Source of the DNA: Octopus sinensis
Taxonomy: Eukaryota
Length of the DNA: 64,000 nucleotides
Assembly (NCBI RefSeq): GCF_006345805.1
Contig: NC_043020.1
Span: forward strand, 4,092,001-4,156,000
Reading direction: 5' to 3'
Part shown: piece after piece, positions 63,290 to 64,000 of the stretch
Layout of the letters: the number at the start of each line of letters is the position of its first letter
Position numbering within the stretch: the first letter of the stretch is position 1
Made by a program: the position numbers and the translations under genes
Notes under the pieces: model-generated
What the model was told of the DNA's origin: nothing
Database searches by the model: none
The model's input: the letters and a program-made list of their open reading frames with translations, nothing else

Positions 63290-63800
63290 ATTAAGGCAGT
63301 GACTGGCAGAATCATTAGCATGGCTTTACATTTTGCATTCAAAGTCCAGCAAAGTTGATTTTGCCTTTCATCCTTTTGGGGTCAATAAAATAGGTTTGAG
63401 TTGAATTTAGGGGCTGACTTAACCAACTTATCCCCTCCACCAAAATTGCTGGCCTTGAGCCAAAATTTGAAAACATTATTATTATTATTAGATTTTACCT
63501 TAACTGTCCATATTTTTTTTTCCAGTTTTTCATTGTTGCAGTTGCTAGTAAACTCCAAGAGTCAGATAACTTCAAGCAGATTAAAGGAGTTCTAGCCATG
63601 ACCATCACATTATCAAACGTAGTCTTCTAAAGCAAACAACACTGTCTGATATGTTATTGTTTTTTTCAAAACAACAACAGAGAGGAAAGAATTCATTGCA
63701 ACATTCGTTACAACTTTCAATGCTTTCATTCCAAATGCAGTTAAGGTCAGCTTTGCCCTTTCTGTTTAAGGGGTCAATAAAAAAGTACAAATACAAGGTG
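62740..63800 (+). mobile_element. Cluster of old, degenerate family-A-related SINEs and (ATT)n tracts
   Basis: Repeated GAGTTCAAA...GGTCAACTTTGC.TTTCATCCTTT..GGG.T.(G/A)ATAAAAT segments. Confidence 0.6.
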
Positions 63801-64000
63801 GTGGGTAAGCAGAACAGTTTCAGGGTCAAGTATCGCATGCTGGGGTTTCTGTTTTGGCATCACTGGTGCCAAGCTGTGTGACAGCTACACCTTTCCTTTG
63901 GAAGACGTTGAGCGTACTGAGAGAATGGTGTAAAGGCTCACCTGGTGACTCATCTGGTTTCAAGTTGTAATCCTCCTCACAACCACCAGCTTTTTAGGTT

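Overview
This is an AT-rich, microsatellite-dense eukaryotic window. Its repeat families and the 18S fragment are consistent with a cephalopod (Octopus-like) genome; this is inferred, not proven. One host gene is supported: a minus-strand, multi-exon secreted or membrane protein with signal peptide, Reeler domain and DOMON domain (FRRS1 / ferric-chelate reductase 1-like). It has five phase-compatible or recognisable coding exons between 1.9 and 12 kb, a candidate non-coding first exon near 23.3 kb, and a 3' part that presumably runs off the left edge. The rest is layered transposon debris: RTE, CR1-like, Tx1/L1-like, R4/NeSL-like and CRE-like LINEs, three tRNA-derived SINE families, Penelope-like elements (PLEs), a Gypsy LTR remnant, and hAT, piggyBac, Tc1 and Helitron remnants and MITEs. 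Three observations stand out. (1) A chimeric retroposon made of the 3' end of 18S rRNA joined to a full SINE, both enclosed by one exact 18-bp target-site duplication. (2) Five hammerhead-ribozyme-like motifs at PLE-like termini, including a 528-bp tandem pair resembling a retrozyme and a second type with an unusually long stem II. (3) A SINE whose 3' tail resembles the 3' UTR of Tx1/L1-like LINEs in the same window. Most ORF-track entries are microsatellite artefacts. TE boundaries are approximate; all family assignments are by eye, with no database search.
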